Assembly: GCA_965226375.1 (NCBI GenBank)
Contig: CBDDCX010000007.1
Span: 384,001-448,000 of the forward strand
Origin: Longimicrobiales bacterium
GTDB lineage: Bacteria > Gemmatimonadota > Gemmatimonadetes > Longimicrobiales > Gaopeijiaceae
Length of the DNA stretch: 64,000 nucleotides
Direction: 5' to 3'
Shown here: positions 1 to 11,752 of the stretch, one piece after another
Layout: each line of letters opens with the position of its first letter
How positions within the stretch are numbered: position 1 is the stretch's first letter
Program-made: the position numbers and the translations under genes
Notes under the pieces: generated by a model
The model's database searches: none
What the model was told of the DNA's origin: nothing
The model's input: the letters and a program-made list of their open reading frames with translations, nothing else

Positions 1-1
1 G

Positions 2-1240
2 GCCCTTGCACGGATCGATAGGCAGATCGTCGCGGCCCTCGGGGTGGATGCGCTCCGTGAGATGGGTCGCGATACGGAGGGCCCGTCGCAGGATCTCCAG
101 GACTTGATCTTTGCGAGTCCAGCCGATGCGGCTCAGACCGACACGACCAGCGAAGGGGATGAGGCCGTCGAGGAGGACCAGGCGGTCAACCTCAGACCGT
201 TCACCGCGCTGCTTGCCTCGGGCGACGTGTTGGGAACGTATCTGGTCGCTCTCGAAGACGTTGAAACGGCGATGACCTTCCTTGCGCTGCCCGAGGTGCG
301 GATTGCCATGCCCCGGGACATTTCGCTCCATTGGGAGACGGGGCCCATCGGAGTCGGAGCACGCACCTACAGGCGCCTCTACGTGACCGAAGAGGACGCC
401 TTCATGACGGGTGAGCAGCTAGAGTCGGCGGTGGCCCAAAGGGATCCACAGTTCAACCAGGCTCAGGTGAGCTTTCAACTCAACAGGGCCGGCGGTCGGC
501 GCTTCTCCCAATTCACGACGCAGCACGTGGGCGACAATATCGCCATCGTGCTCGACGGCGAGATCGTGAGTGCCCCGGTGGTGCGGGATCGTATCGGAGC
601 GACCGGCGTGATCGAGATGGGCAACGCCGACATCGCCGAGGCCGCCGACCTCGCTCTGGTACTTCGGGCGGGTGCCTTACCGGCCAAGTTGAGGATCATG
701 GAGGAGCGGACGGTGGGGCCCTCTCTGGGACAGGATTCGATCGACCGTGGCAAGATCGCCGGGATCATCGGTATGATCGGTGTCCTGATCGTCATGATCC
801 TCTACTACAAGGTTGCCGGGATATTGGCGGTCATGGCGCTGGCGGTCTACACAATGTTGGTTCTCGGTGGCCTTGCGGCCATCGGAGCCACGTTGACTCT
901 CCCGGGTATGGCGGGCCTGATCCTCTCGGTGGGCATGGCGGTGGATGCCAACGTCCTGATCTTCGAGCGGATTCGTGAGGAGTTGATCCTAGGACGCGCG
1001 ACGCGGACCGCGGTGGACGAGGGATTTGCGCACGCCCTGTCGGCCATCGTCGACGCGAACATCACGACGCTCATTACGGCGCTCATCCTCTTCCAGTTCG
1101 GTACGGGGCCCGTACGGGGCTTCGCCTTGACCCTGTCCATCGGAATCGTGGCGTCGTTCTTCTCGGCTCTCTACGTAACCCGGACCTTTTTCCTCATGTA
1201 CCTGTCGGGGAAGAAGGCTTCCGACCCGATCAGCATCTGA
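2..1240 (+). CDS. secD: Protein translocase subunit SecD (5' part lies outside the window)
   Basis: Frame open from the window edge; motifs LRAGALPA, EERTVGPSLG, GMAVDANVLIFERIREE; C-terminal TM helices; adjacent to secF. Confidence 0.97.
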   Translation, partial: ALARIDRQIVAALGVDALREMGRDTEGPSQDLQDLIFASPADAAQTDTTSEGDEAVEEDQAVNLRPFTALLASGDVLGTYLVALEDVETAMTFLALPEVRIAMPRDISLHWETGPIGVGARTYRRLYVTEEDAFMTGEQLESAVAQRDPQFNQAQVSFQLNRAGGRRFSQFTTQHVGDNIAIVLDGEIVSAPVVRDRIGATGVIEMGNADIAEAADLALVLRAGALPAKLRIMEERTVGPSLGQDSIDRGKIAGIIGMIGVLIVMILYYKVAGILAVMALAVYTMLVLGGLAAIGATLTLPGMAGLILSVGMAVDANVLIFERIREELILGRATRTAVDEGFAHALSAIVDANITTLITALILFQFGTGPVRGFALTLSIGIVASFFSALYVTRTFFLMYLSGKKASDPISI

Positions 1241-1251
1241 GACTGCAATCA

Positions 1252-2208
1252 ATGCGACTGTTCAACCAAGCTGACTATCCCTTCATCGAGTGGCGCCGTA
1301 AGGCCTATGCGGTGTCTGTTGCGATCATCCTCACGGGGATCGCGGCGATGGTCTTGAATGTCTTCGCCATCGGAAATTGGCAGAACTATGGCGTCGACTT
1401 CACCGGCGGGTCACTGATCCAGGTCCAATTCCGGGAGTCTACGACGGCGGCCCAGCTTCGGGCGGCGCTCGGGGGCTCTCAGGCGCCCCCCATCACCCGC
1501 TTTGGCGAGGAGAACGAGTTCGTGATCCGGGCCCCTCTGGGTGAGGAAGAGGTGGACGTGGTTCGGGCACGGGTGGAGGACCAGCTCGTCACCGCGTTCG
1601 GGAGTGACGAGTTCGACGTGGTCCGGACCGAGACGGTGGGGCCCAAGATCGGTGCGGAGCTGGAGCAGAAGGCATTGTTGGCCATTTTGTTCTCCTTTCT
1701 CCTGACGCTCATCTATCTGGCCATCCGTTTCGAGCTCCGCTTCGGCTTGGCGGCAGTCATCGCGACGGCCCACGATATTATGGTCACGCTGGGTTTCTTA
1801 GCCCTGTTCCGGATCGAGATCGCGCTGCCCACGGTGGCTGCGATTCTCACCATCGTGGGGTATTCGCTGAACGACACCATCGTGGTGTTCGATCGCATCC
1901 GAGAGAACCTGAACGCCAAGGGTGGACGGCGTGAGGATCCGGTGGTCTTGGTCGATCGCTCCATCAACGAGACGCTGCCGCGCACGGTGCTTACCTCCGG
2001 CACCACCTTGGCCGTGCTGTCGGCGCTGCTCATTGTGGGTGGTGCTGTGATCCGCGACTTCACGCTGGTGCTCATGTTGGGTGTCGTGATCGGGACGTAC
2101 TCGTCGATCTTCGTGGCGTCACCGGCCCTCTTGGAGATCCAGAAGCGGTTCGGAGACGGGTCTGCCCGTCGCGATCGTAAGGCGAAGAGGGCTGCGGCTA
2201 CCGGGTAG
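1252..2208 (+). CDS. secF: Protein translocase subunit SecF
   Basis: GVDFTGG, VGPKIGAEL, GYSLNDTIVVFDRIREN, GTYSSIFVASP. Confidence 0.97.
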   Translation: MRLFNQADYPFIEWRRKAYAVSVAIILTGIAAMVLNVFAIGNWQNYGVDFTGGSLIQVQFRESTTAAQLRAALGGSQAPPITRFGEENEFVIRAPLGEEEVDVVRARVEDQLVTAFGSDEFDVVRTETVGPKIGAELEQKALLAILFSFLLTLIYLAIRFELRFGLAAVIATAHDIMVTLGFLALFRIEIALPTVAAILTIVGYSLNDTIVVFDRIRENLNAKGGRREDPVVLVDRSINETLPRTVLTSGTTLAVLSALLIVGGAVIRDFTLVLMLGVVIGTYSSIFVASPALLEIQKRFGDGSARRDRKAKRAAATG

Positions 2209-2211
2209 CCC

Positions 2212-2976
2212 GTGTTCGACAGCCACTGCCACCTGACCGACGGCCGCTTCGAGGAAGATCGGGCGGCCGTCGTCGCTGAAGCTCGCGAAGCCGGGGTCGC
2301 GCGCCTCGTCACCATCGCGTCGAATCTGGAAGATGCCCGTGCGGCCGCGGAGTTGGCCGCGGAGCATGACGGCATCTGGTCCACGGCGGGAGTGCACCCT
2401 CATGAGGTGTCCGAGGCGCAGGAGGAAGACCTGCAGGGAGTACGGGAGTTGGCAACGAGTCGGCCCGAGGTCGTGGCCATCGGTGAAACCGGCCTGGACT
2501 TCTTCTACGATCACTCCCCCCGGGATCTGCAGCGAAGGTGGTTCGAGGCGCAGCTCGAACTCGCTCACGAACTGGATCTGCCGCTGGTGATCCACAGCCG
2601 TGAGGCCGAAGACGACACCATTGCGCTGATCCGGAATGCTCCGCGTTCCACCCGGATGGTACTCCACTGCTTCACGGGGAGTATGCGTCTTCTGGAGGCC
2701 GGCCTCGACGTCGGCTGTTATGTGTCCTTTTCAGGCATCGTCTCCTTTGCCAAATTCGACGGCCACGAGGCCGTGAGGACGGTACCGGGCGATCGCGTGT
2801 TGGCCGAGACGGACTCGCCGTATCTGGCCCCCGTGCCACACCGCGGCAAGCGCAACGAGCCGGCGTTCGTCGCGAGAGTGATCGAGTCACTGGCCAGGAT
2901 TCGCTGCGAGAGGGTCGAAGCCGTCATTGCTGCCACGACCGCCAACGCGAACCGGTTCTACGCGCTCGAGTCGTAG
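2212..2976 (+). CDS. tatD: TatD-family metal-dependent DNase/hydrolase
   Basis: DSHCHL, GVHPH, AIGETGLD, HSR, HCF, ETDSPYLAP motifs. Confidence 0.93.
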   Translation: MFDSHCHLTDGRFEEDRAAVVAEAREAGVARLVTIASNLEDARAAAELAAEHDGIWSTAGVHPHEVSEAQEEDLQGVRELATSRPEVVAIGETGLDFFYDHSPRDLQRRWFEAQLELAHELDLPLVIHSREAEDDTIALIRNAPRSTRMVLHCFTGSMRLLEAGLDVGCYVSFSGIVSFAKFDGHEAVRTVPGDRVLAETDSPYLAPVPHRGKRNEPAFVARVIESLARIRCERVEAVIAATTANANRFYALES

Positions 2977-2986
2977 GGGGAGCGTA

Positions 2987-4753
2987 ATGCCACGCACCAT
3001 CGAGGTTCTGCCAGACATAGTCGCGAACCAGATCGCCGCCGGCGAAGTGGTGGAGCGGCCCGCGTCGGTCGTCAAGGAGCTCGTGGAGAACGCGTTGGAC
3101 GCCCGGGCCACCCGTGTCGATATCGATCTCGAGCGGGGGGGCAAGCGCCGTATCCGGGTTACCGACGACGGCGTGGGCATGACCCGGGAAGACGCGTTGC
3201 TCTCCCTGGACCGCCACGCCACGAGCAAGATCCGTGCGGCCGTCGATCTCCAGTCGGTTGTGACGTTCGGCTTCCGTGGCGAGGCTTTGCCGTCCATCGC
3301 CGCCGTCTCTCGCATGACGCTCGACACCAAGGATTCCGATGACGAGGTAGGGACTCGCGTTCGTGTGAAGGGCGGGACCATGAGTGGCGTCGATGACGCG
3401 CCAAGGCGCCGAGGGACCACGGTTGAAGTCGGGAACCTGTTCTTCAACGCTCCGGCGCGGTCTAAGTTCTTGAAGGCGGTGGCCGCCGAGACGCGGGCCG
3501 TGAGCGAGACGGTTACGGTTCTGGCGCTGGCGAACGCCTCGGTGGGCTTCACCCTCACCTCGGACGGGCGGACGCTTCTCGATCTGCCGCCGGCCAAGGA
3601 TCTCGCGGCCCGCGTGAGCGCCATCTGGGGCAGGGAAGTAGCGAGTACCCTCATCGCTTTGACTGCGCAGGACGACGGGATGTCGCTGCGCGGTCTCGTG
3701 CAACGACCCGACGCGGCCAAGAGTGGGCTGCGCAGAGCCAACCTTTTCGTGAATGGGCGCCCCTTCCGGAGTCGCTCTCTCATGGCGGCGTTGGACCGCG
3801 GCTACCGCACCACGATCTCTGAGAAGGTGCGGCCGTGGGTATTTCTGTACCTGCAGATGCCTCCTGGAACGGTGGACATGAACGTCCACCCGGCCAAGGC
3901 CGAGGTGCGGTTCAGGTCGGCTGCCGCTGTGGAGGCGTTCGTGGAGAATGCGGTGCGGGAAAGTCTGACCGCGGAAGCCAGTGCGGCCACCCTCGACACG
4001 CAGCTCGCGCCGCCTCGCATGGCCGTCCATGAGCCCGCCCGGGTCTCTGGGGGGTCGGATCCACGGGATGCGGGGAGTCAGACGGCCCTGTTCCTTTCGG
4101 CCGATGCGATGGACGACGAGGGGGACGGAGGCGTGGGCCAGGCCGGAGCCGCGCAGATCAGCCCGGCGCCGTTCGTGGAGGAGCGCCCGCGCCTCTGGCA
4201 GGTTCTCAACATGTACGTGCTCGCGGAGACCCGAGAGGGCCTCATCATCATCGATCAGCACTCTGCCCACGAGCGTATACTCTTCGAGCGCCTCATGGAT
4301 GCCTTCGAAGAGGGAGGCCAGACGGGCCAGCGACTTCTCTTTCCTCTGACCGTTCGGCTCTCCAAGGCCGAGTTCCAGGAGGCCGAGACCCTGACCGGCA
4401 TGCTCAACCGCGTGGGCTTCGAGGTCGAGGGCTTCGGCGGCAACACGATCATCGTGCACGCAGTCCCCGATCCTCATCCGTACTTCGATCCCCAACGCTG
4501 TTTCCGCGAGATGATGGAGGAGTTGGTCCAGGGCTCCGATCTCACACAGGCGGCAAAGAACCAGCACGAGAAAATCGCCATGATGTTCGCGTGCAAGGGG
4601 GCCATTAAGGCAGGTCAGAAGCTGAACGAACGCGAAATGCAGGAGCTCTTCGATCAGCTCTTCGCGACCGAGCTTCCGTACCATGACGTGCACGGCCGCC
4701 CGACCATCGTGCGACTCGGGAAGGACGAGCTGGAGCGCAAGTTCGGCCGGTAG
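2987..4753 (+). CDS. mutL: DNA mismatch repair endonuclease MutL
   Basis: ANQIAAGEVVERPASVVKELVENALDA, GFRGEAL, DQHSAHERILFE; start moved to ATG 2987. Confidence 0.97.
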   Translation: MPRTIEVLPDIVANQIAAGEVVERPASVVKELVENALDARATRVDIDLERGGKRRIRVTDDGVGMTREDALLSLDRHATSKIRAAVDLQSVVTFGFRGEALPSIAAVSRMTLDTKDSDDEVGTRVRVKGGTMSGVDDAPRRRGTTVEVGNLFFNAPARSKFLKAVAAETRAVSETVTVLALANASVGFTLTSDGRTLLDLPPAKDLAARVSAIWGREVASTLIALTAQDDGMSLRGLVQRPDAAKSGLRRANLFVNGRPFRSRSLMAALDRGYRTTISEKVRPWVFLYLQMPPGTVDMNVHPAKAEVRFRSAAAVEAFVENAVRESLTAEASAATLDTQLAPPRMAVHEPARVSGGSDPRDAGSQTALFLSADAMDDEGDGGVGQAGAAQISPAPFVEERPRLWQVLNMYVLAETREGLIIIDQHSAHERILFERLMDAFEEGGQTGQRLLFPLTVRLSKAEFQEAETLTGMLNRVGFEVEGFGGNTIIVHAVPDPHPYFDPQRCFREMMEELVQGSDLTQAAKNQHEKIAMMFACKGAIKAGQKLNEREMQELFDQLFATELPYHDVHGRPTIVRLGKDELERKFGR

Positions 4754-4776
4754 ACTACTCCCTCGACAGGCCTGTA

Positions 4777-5715
4777 ATGGATTTCTTGGCGATCACTGGT
4801 CCAACCACATCGGGTAAGACCGCCCTTTCCATGCAGGTAGCCCAAGCCCTCGACGCCGAGATGGTGTGTATGGACTCCCGTCAGGTCTATAGGGGCATGG
4901 ACATCGGGACCGACAAGGCGTCTGCGGAACTCCGGGGGCGTGTGCCCCACCACGGTCTCGACACCCGCAATCCCGACGAGACCTACAGCGCGGGACAGTT
5001 CGGGCGGGAAGCACGCGTCTGGATTTCCGAGATTCGGGCCCGGGGACGTGTACCTCTGCTAGTGGGTGGCACCGGCTTTTTTCTGAAGGCTCTCGTGGAC
5101 CCGATGTTCCGTGAACCGGTCATGGAACCGGCGCGCCTCGGTGCGTTGCGCGCACATCTAGCGACCCTTCCGCGGGCGGAGCTCGTGCGCTGGGTGGAAG
5201 AGCTCGACCCCGACCGCACTAGGGTTGCCACCGAGGGAGGGCCCCATCGCCTCGGGAGGACTCTGGAGGTGGCGCTCCTTACCGGGCGTCCCTTGAGCTG
5301 GTGGCACACCCAAGGGCCCCCGGACCAGGAGCCGCTCGTGGGGGTCGTCGTGATCTTGGAGATGCCCCGCGAGGAACTGGACCGCCGTATAGACGCCCGG
5401 GTAACTCGGATGGCGGAAGAGGGCCTGGTCGCTGAGGTGGAGCGGCTGCTACAGGAGGGGTACGGGCTCGATGACCCGGGAATGACGGGAACCGGTTACC
5501 GCGAAGTCGCCGCGTTTCTGGCCGGGGATACGAGCCTGGACGAGGCCCTCGATCGAATGAGGTCCCAGACCAGGAAGTATGCTCGTAGGCAGCTCACATG
5601 GTTTCGACGTCAGGTACCGGATGACGTGGTCCGTATAGACGCGCTCCAGCCTGTGCCGGACCAGGCTGCACAGGTACTGGAGGCGTGGCAGCTCGCAACG
5701 GTGGCAACGGGATGA
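4777..5715 (+). CDS. miaA: tRNA dimethylallyltransferase
   Basis: GPTTSGKT, DSRQVYRGMDIGTDK, VGGTGFF, YARRQLTWFR. Confidence 0.96.
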   Translation: MDFLAITGPTTSGKTALSMQVAQALDAEMVCMDSRQVYRGMDIGTDKASAELRGRVPHHGLDTRNPDETYSAGQFGREARVWISEIRARGRVPLLVGGTGFFLKALVDPMFREPVMEPARLGALRAHLATLPRAELVRWVEELDPDRTRVATEGGPHRLGRTLEVALLTGRPLSWWHTQGPPDQEPLVGVVVILEMPREELDRRIDARVTRMAEEGLVAEVERLLQEGYGLDDPGMTGTGYREVAAFLAGDTSLDEALDRMRSQTRKYARRQLTWFRRQVPDDVVRIDALQPVPDQAAQVLEAWQLATVATG

Positions 5716-5749
5716 GGGGGGATGGGCCCGTGAACGGAGTGCAGCGCAC

Positions 5750-6901
5750 ATGAAAATCGGCATCACATGTTATCCCACCTACGGGGGCTCAGGCGCCGTC
5801 GCGACGGCCCTCGGGATACAGCTCGCGAAGCGAGGGCACGAGGTGCATTTCGTGTCATACGCCCAACCGTTCCGCCTGGGACACTTCCACGAACGGATTT
5901 TCTTCCACGAAGTGGAGATGGAGCACTATCCACTCTTCGAGCACCCTCCCTACACGTTGGCGCTCGCGGTGGCACTCCACGACGCGGCTCGGACCCACGA
6001 CCTCGACCTGCTTCACGTCCACTACGCCATTCCGCACGCGACCTCCGCGTGGATCGCCCAGGAGATGCTCGGGGACGGAGGTATACCGGTGGTGACGACC
6101 CTGCACGGCACGGACATCACCCTGGTGGGACTGCATCCGTCCTTCCAACGGATCACACGCTTCTCTATCCTTCGGTCCACCGGCATCACGGCGGTCTCCG
6201 AGTACCTGCGTGACGAGACGGTCCGTGACTTCGACGTGCCCCCCGAGCGTATCGACGTCATTCCGAACTTCATCGACACCGAGGTCTACGATCCGGCCAA
6301 GGAGCCCTGCTACCGGTCGACGCTCGCTGAAGAGGGGGAGAAGATCGTCATGCACGTCTCCAACTTCCGCCCCGTGAAGCGCGTGTTGGACGTGGTGGAG
6401 GTTTTCGCCCGAATCGCCGCAGCGATGCCGTCCCGCCTGATCATGGTGGGGGACGGACCCGAGCGACCGCGCGCACAAGAGAGAGCCAAGGAATTGGACG
6501 TCGACGACCGAGTGGTCTTCTTGGGAAAGCATGACTCCGTGGAGGAGCTGCTCCCGTGCGCCGATCTGTTCCTGCTTCCCAGCGGCTCCGAGTCATTCGG
6601 GCTGGCGGCCCTGGAGGCCATGGCTTCGGGGACACCGGTCGTGGCTGCGTCGATCGGGGGAGTGCCGGAGCTGCTTCCTCATGGAGAGGCGGGATACCTC
6701 TACCCCGTCGGCGACGTGGAGGGCATGTCGGAAGGTGCCTTGAAGATCTTGAGTGACCCGGATCTGCGGGCGACCTTCGGTGAGGCAGGTCGGGCTATCG
6801 CTATTGAGCGCTTTTCGGCGGAGCGACTGGTCCCCGAGTACGAGGCGTGCTACGAGAGGGCGGTCGAGTCCCATGCACAGACCCACGGGCCCCGAGGGTG
6901 A
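5750..6901 (+). CDS. bshA: N-acetyl-alpha-D-glucosaminyl L-malate synthase (bacillithiol biosynthesis, GT4)
   Basis: N-terminus MKIGITCYPTYGGSGAVAT, HVHYAIPHA, TTLHGTDITLVG, HVSNFRPVKR, ESFGLAALEAMA. Confidence 0.93.
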   Translation: MKIGITCYPTYGGSGAVATALGIQLAKRGHEVHFVSYAQPFRLGHFHERIFFHEVEMEHYPLFEHPPYTLALAVALHDAARTHDLDLLHVHYAIPHATSAWIAQEMLGDGGIPVVTTLHGTDITLVGLHPSFQRITRFSILRSTGITAVSEYLRDETVRDFDVPPERIDVIPNFIDTEVYDPAKEPCYRSTLAEEGEKIVMHVSNFRPVKRVLDVVEVFARIAAAMPSRLIMVGDGPERPRAQERAKELDVDDRVVFLGKHDSVEELLPCADLFLLPSGSESFGLAALEAMASGTPVVAASIGGVPELLPHGEAGYLYPVGDVEGMSEGALKILSDPDLRATFGEAGRAIAIERFSAERLVPEYEACYERAVESHAQTHGPRG

Positions 6902-7686
6902 ATCTCTGGGAAGCGGTCTTTTTGGGATTTCTTCAGGGAGCCACAGAGTTTCTGCCGGTTTCCAGCTCAGGCCACCTGGTGGTGGGTCAGGCGCTATTGG
7001 GCCTGGACATTCCCGGTGTACAGTTCGAGGTGGCCGTGCACGTGGCGACCCTGGTCTCCATCGTGCTGGTCTACCACGGCCGGATCGGTAGGCTCATCGG
7101 CGGCGCCTTGAGTGGTGACGCCAAAGCATGGAGTTATATCGGCCTTCTGGTCGTTGCAAGCCTACCGATCGTGGTTGTCGGTGCGTTTTTTCGGCACTGG
7201 GTGGAGGCGCTATTCGAGAGTCCCTTCGTGCCCGCCGTGGCTTTTCTGGTGACCGGCACTCTGCTCTGGACGACCCGAAGTGCGTTGCGGCGGGAGCACT
7301 GGCCGGGACTGAGCTTGATGGCGGCGGTGGCCGTCGGTCTGGCCCAGGCGGTCGCCGTGGTGCCGGGGATTTCGCGATCGGGAGCGACGGTCGTTGCAGC
7401 GCTGTGGATGGGCGTCGAAGCCGAAGAGGCGGCCGCCTTCTCCTTTCTGATGGCCATCCCGGTCATCGCCGGAGCCGCGGTTCTCCAGCTCTGGGGAACG
7501 GCGGGTACAGGAGCAGGCCTATCCGCGGGAGCTTTGATCCTGGGATCGGTGGTCGCTGCCGTGACCGGTGTCGTGGCCATCCGGGCATTCGTCACCTTCC
7601 TGGCAAGGAAGAGTTTCCATCGATTCGGCATCTACTGTTGGGCCTTGGGCGCCGCTTTCCTCGCCTACCTATTCTCGGTGGGATGA
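6898..7686 (+). CDS. uppP: Undecaprenyl-diphosphate phosphatase
   Basis: QGATEFLPVSSSGHL, PGISRSGAT, FSFLMAIP; GTG start overlaps the bshA stop (GTGA). Confidence 0.95.
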   Translation: MNLWEAVFLGFLQGATEFLPVSSSGHLVVGQALLGLDIPGVQFEVAVHVATLVSIVLVYHGRIGRLIGGALSGDAKAWSYIGLLVVASLPIVVVGAFFRHWVEALFESPFVPAVAFLVTGTLLWTTRSALRREHWPGLSLMAAVAVGLAQAVAVVPGISRSGATVVAALWMGVEAEEAAAFSFLMAIPVIAGAAVLQLWGTAGTGAGLSAGALILGSVVAAVTGVVAIRAFVTFLARKSFHRFGIYCWALGAAFLAYLFSVG

Positions 7687-7690
7687 CCCG

Positions 7691-8461
7691 ATGGGCCGCC
7701 TGTATACTTGGGAGAGTGAGCCGACCAGGGCTTGGGAGCACCTCTGGAGCGTTCCCCACTTCGAGGCCTACGATGCGCTCCCTTCGACGAATGATCGAAT
7801 CAGGGCGTTGGCCGGGGAAGGAGCGGCAGCCTTCAGCACGGTAATCGCCGAAACGCAGACGGCCGGTCGCGGTCGGGGGGGTAAGTATTGGGAGTCCCCA
7901 CCGGGCCTGGGTCTATGGATGTCCTTCTTGCTGCGGCCCGAAGGCAAAGGCGCTCCGTCTCTCACGCCGTTGCTTGTAGGGCTCGCTACCGCCCGGGCCA
8001 TCGAACTATCGTGTCCGGGACTACACCCGAGGATCAAGTGGCCGAATGATGTTCTCGTGGAGGGCCGTAAGGTGGGGGGAATCCTCTGTGAAGGGGTGGG
8101 CCACGATGCCGTGGTGGTGGGCGTGGGGCTGAACATCAGCCAGCGTCCGGAGGACTTTCCCTCGGGTCTGAGGGGTCGTGCCACGTCACTGGGGGCCGGC
8201 GGGTGCCCTGGTGTGGTTCGTGCCGAGTTGGCTGGGGGAGTGTTGCGCCAGGCCCGTGATCTGGTCGAGCCCCTTCCGGACGACCTCGACGAGGGGTTGC
8301 GCGACGAGCTGCAACACAGGGATGCTTTGGCCGGGCGTACGGTCCGGACGGAAACGGGGCAGGAGGGAACGGCCATCGGTGTGGCGAAAGACGGGGCCCT
8401 GCTGATCGAGACAGACGGAACCCGCCATTCGATTAGAGGCGGGGGGGTCAGCGTGGTGTGA
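7691..8461 (+). CDS. birA: Biotin--protein ligase without an N-terminal HTH
   Basis: STND, QTAGRGRGGK.W.SP, IKWPND, KVGGILCE, GVGLN. Confidence 0.92.
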   Translation: MGRLYTWESEPTRAWEHLWSVPHFEAYDALPSTNDRIRALAGEGAAAFSTVIAETQTAGRGRGGKYWESPPGLGLWMSFLLRPEGKGAPSLTPLLVGLATARAIELSCPGLHPRIKWPNDVLVEGRKVGGILCEGVGHDAVVVGVGLNISQRPEDFPSGLRGRATSLGAGGCPGVVRAELAGGVLRQARDLVEPLPDDLDEGLRDELQHRDALAGRTVRTETGQEGTAIGVAKDGALLIETDGTRHSIRGGGVSVV

Positions 8462-8524
8462 AGCGCCGCCTGAGGTAGGGTGGAGGGTGCAGCGGTCGAG
8501 ACGAACTAGCGCGGAGAGAATGAG

Positions 8525-9301
8525 ATGGACTTGGTCATCGACGTGGGAAACAGCGAGACGGTCCTGGGGCTTGTGCGGCCTGGAGGCCTGGAGGTGGCCG
8601 CTCACTGGCGTGTGAGCACCACCGTTCCACGCACCGTGGACGAATACGAGCTGGTTTTCCGAGCACTGCTGGCTGGCCGCGGATTCAGTCCTGAAGACGT
8701 GGGGCTGGCCGTGTTGGGATCGGTGGTTCCGTCGGCCACCGGCATCATCACCGACACGTTGGCGCGGTTCGTTGACCAGCCTCCTGTGGTGGTCACCGCA
8801 CAAAGCCCACTCCCCATCGAGCTCGACGTGGACGAGCCCCTCACCGTCGGCGCCGACCGCATCGTCAACACGCTGGCGGCCAAGGAGATGTACGGACGCG
8901 ATACGATCGCCGTGGACCTGGGCACGGCTACGACCTTCGACTGCATCACGGCCGAGGGTGTATTCTGCGGTGGTGTCATCTCCCAGGGGATCCAGGCGGG
9001 ATTGGATTGGTTGGGCAAGAAGACCGCCAAGCTGCCCAACGTCGAGTTGGGTCCTCCCGATCGGGTGATCGGGCGCCGAACCGAGGAGTGTATCCGCAGC
9101 GGGGTGTTCTACTCGGCCGTCGACGCGGTCGACGGCATCGTACGACGCATCCAGGCCGAGTGGTCGCGCCCTGACGTTTACGTGGTGGCCACAGGCGGCT
9201 ATGCCGAGGTCATTGGGCCGCACGCCGAGACGGTGGACCATATCCAGCCGTTCCTCACCCTCTACGGCCTCGCGTTGGCTGGACGCGCCATTCGGGGCTG
9301 A
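8525..9301 (+). CDS. coaX: Type III pantothenate kinase
   Basis: IDVGNS, VGADR, VDLGTATTFD, ATGG; birA-coaX adjacency. Confidence 0.95.
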   Translation: MDLVIDVGNSETVLGLVRPGGLEVAAHWRVSTTVPRTVDEYELVFRALLAGRGFSPEDVGLAVLGSVVPSATGIITDTLARFVDQPPVVVTAQSPLPIELDVDEPLTVGADRIVNTLAAKEMYGRDTIAVDLGTATTFDCITAEGVFCGGVISQGIQAGLDWLGKKTAKLPNVELGPPDRVIGRRTEECIRSGVFYSAVDAVDGIVRRIQAEWSRPDVYVVATGGYAEVIGPHAETVDHIQPFLTLYGLALAGRAIRG

Positions 9302-9366
9302 CTCGGGTCCACCCAGAAGCGGCTCGCCGATCGCGGAAGGGCGCGTACTTCCCGGCGAATCTCCCG

Positions 9367-9394
9367 TTGACAGGGTCTCGGGGGGTGATAGATT
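9367..9394 (+). promoter_or_regulatory. Sigma70-type promoter of groESL
   Basis: TTGACA (9367-9372), 16-nt spacer, extended -10 TGnTAGATT (hexamer 9389-9394), just upstream of CIRCE. Confidence 0.75.
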
Positions 9395-9404
9395 CCGAGC
9401 CTGA

Positions 9405-9431
9405 TTAGCACTCCTTCAGTACGAGTGCTAG
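9405..9431 (+). promoter_or_regulatory. CIRCE element (HrcA operator)
   Basis: TTAGCACTC-N9-GAGTGCTAG, one mismatch to the consensus TTAGCACTC-N9-GAGTGCTAA, upstream of groES. Confidence 0.95.
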
Positions 9432-9481
9432 CAACATCCCGAACTTCATGTTACTCAACCAGTTAGCAGGAGGCATTTCGG

Positions 9482-9787
9482 ATGTCGACGAAGGCTGCGA
9501 CCAAGATTAAGCCGCTTGCGGACCGAGTGGTAGTGACGCCCACCGAAGAAGATGAGCAGATGCGTGGGGGCCTCTACATTCCGGATACCGCAAAGGAAAA
9601 GCCACAGCAGGGCAAGATCGTGGCACTAGGACCGGGTAAGCTCTCGGAAGAGGGCACGCGTGTGGAGCCCGACGTAGAGCTCGGACAGACCGTCCTCTAC
9701 GGCAAGTACAGTGGCACGGACGTGACTATCGATGGTGAGGACTTCCTCTTCCTTCGCGAGTCAGACATCCTGGCCGTCATTGGATAG
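9482..9787 (+). CDS. groES: Co-chaperonin GroES
   Basis: [34 protein letters not shown]. Confidence 0.98.
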   Translation: MSTKAATKIKPLADRVVVTPTEEDEQMRGGLYIPDTAKEKPQQGKIVALGPGKLSEEGTRVEPDVELGQTVLYGKYSGTDVTIDGEDFLFLRESDILAVIG

Positions 9788-9895
9788 AGCGCTGAAATCG
9801 GCGTCGGGCGGTATCGTGCGCGGCATCCGATTTGAGCACTCTCAGGACGTTTTGGTTTACACGTTTCTACTAGCGACAGATTGAGGAGTAAGTAA

Positions 9896-11530
<1,635 letters not shown>

Positions 11531-11618
11531 GGACTCTCCGACACGCGAGTGCCGGGATGGCACTGACTTCCGCGAGACCCTAGCGGGATCTCGGGAGGAA
11601 GCGCCCACGGTCTCTGCG

Positions 11619-11658
11619 CGGCCCGGTCACCATGTTGGTGGCCGGGCCGTCGTCTTTT
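11619..11658 (+). terminator. Strong hairpin with short T tract between groEL and thrS (probable groESL terminator; see findings)
   Basis: CGGCCCGGTCACC-ATGTT-GGTGGCCGGGCCG followed by TCGTCTTTT. Confidence 0.5.
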
Positions 11659-11752
11659 CGGACAGTGGCTTTTCGTACGGACTGCACTACCTTTTTTGGC
11701 CGCCGACCGCGGCTTTGCCGCGGCCCACAAAACCGAGGGGAACTGAACGAAC

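Noticed and set aside
11640..11752. T-box riboswitch upstream of thrS
   Set aside because: No T-box antiterminator consensus (UGGNACC) or Stem I features recognised
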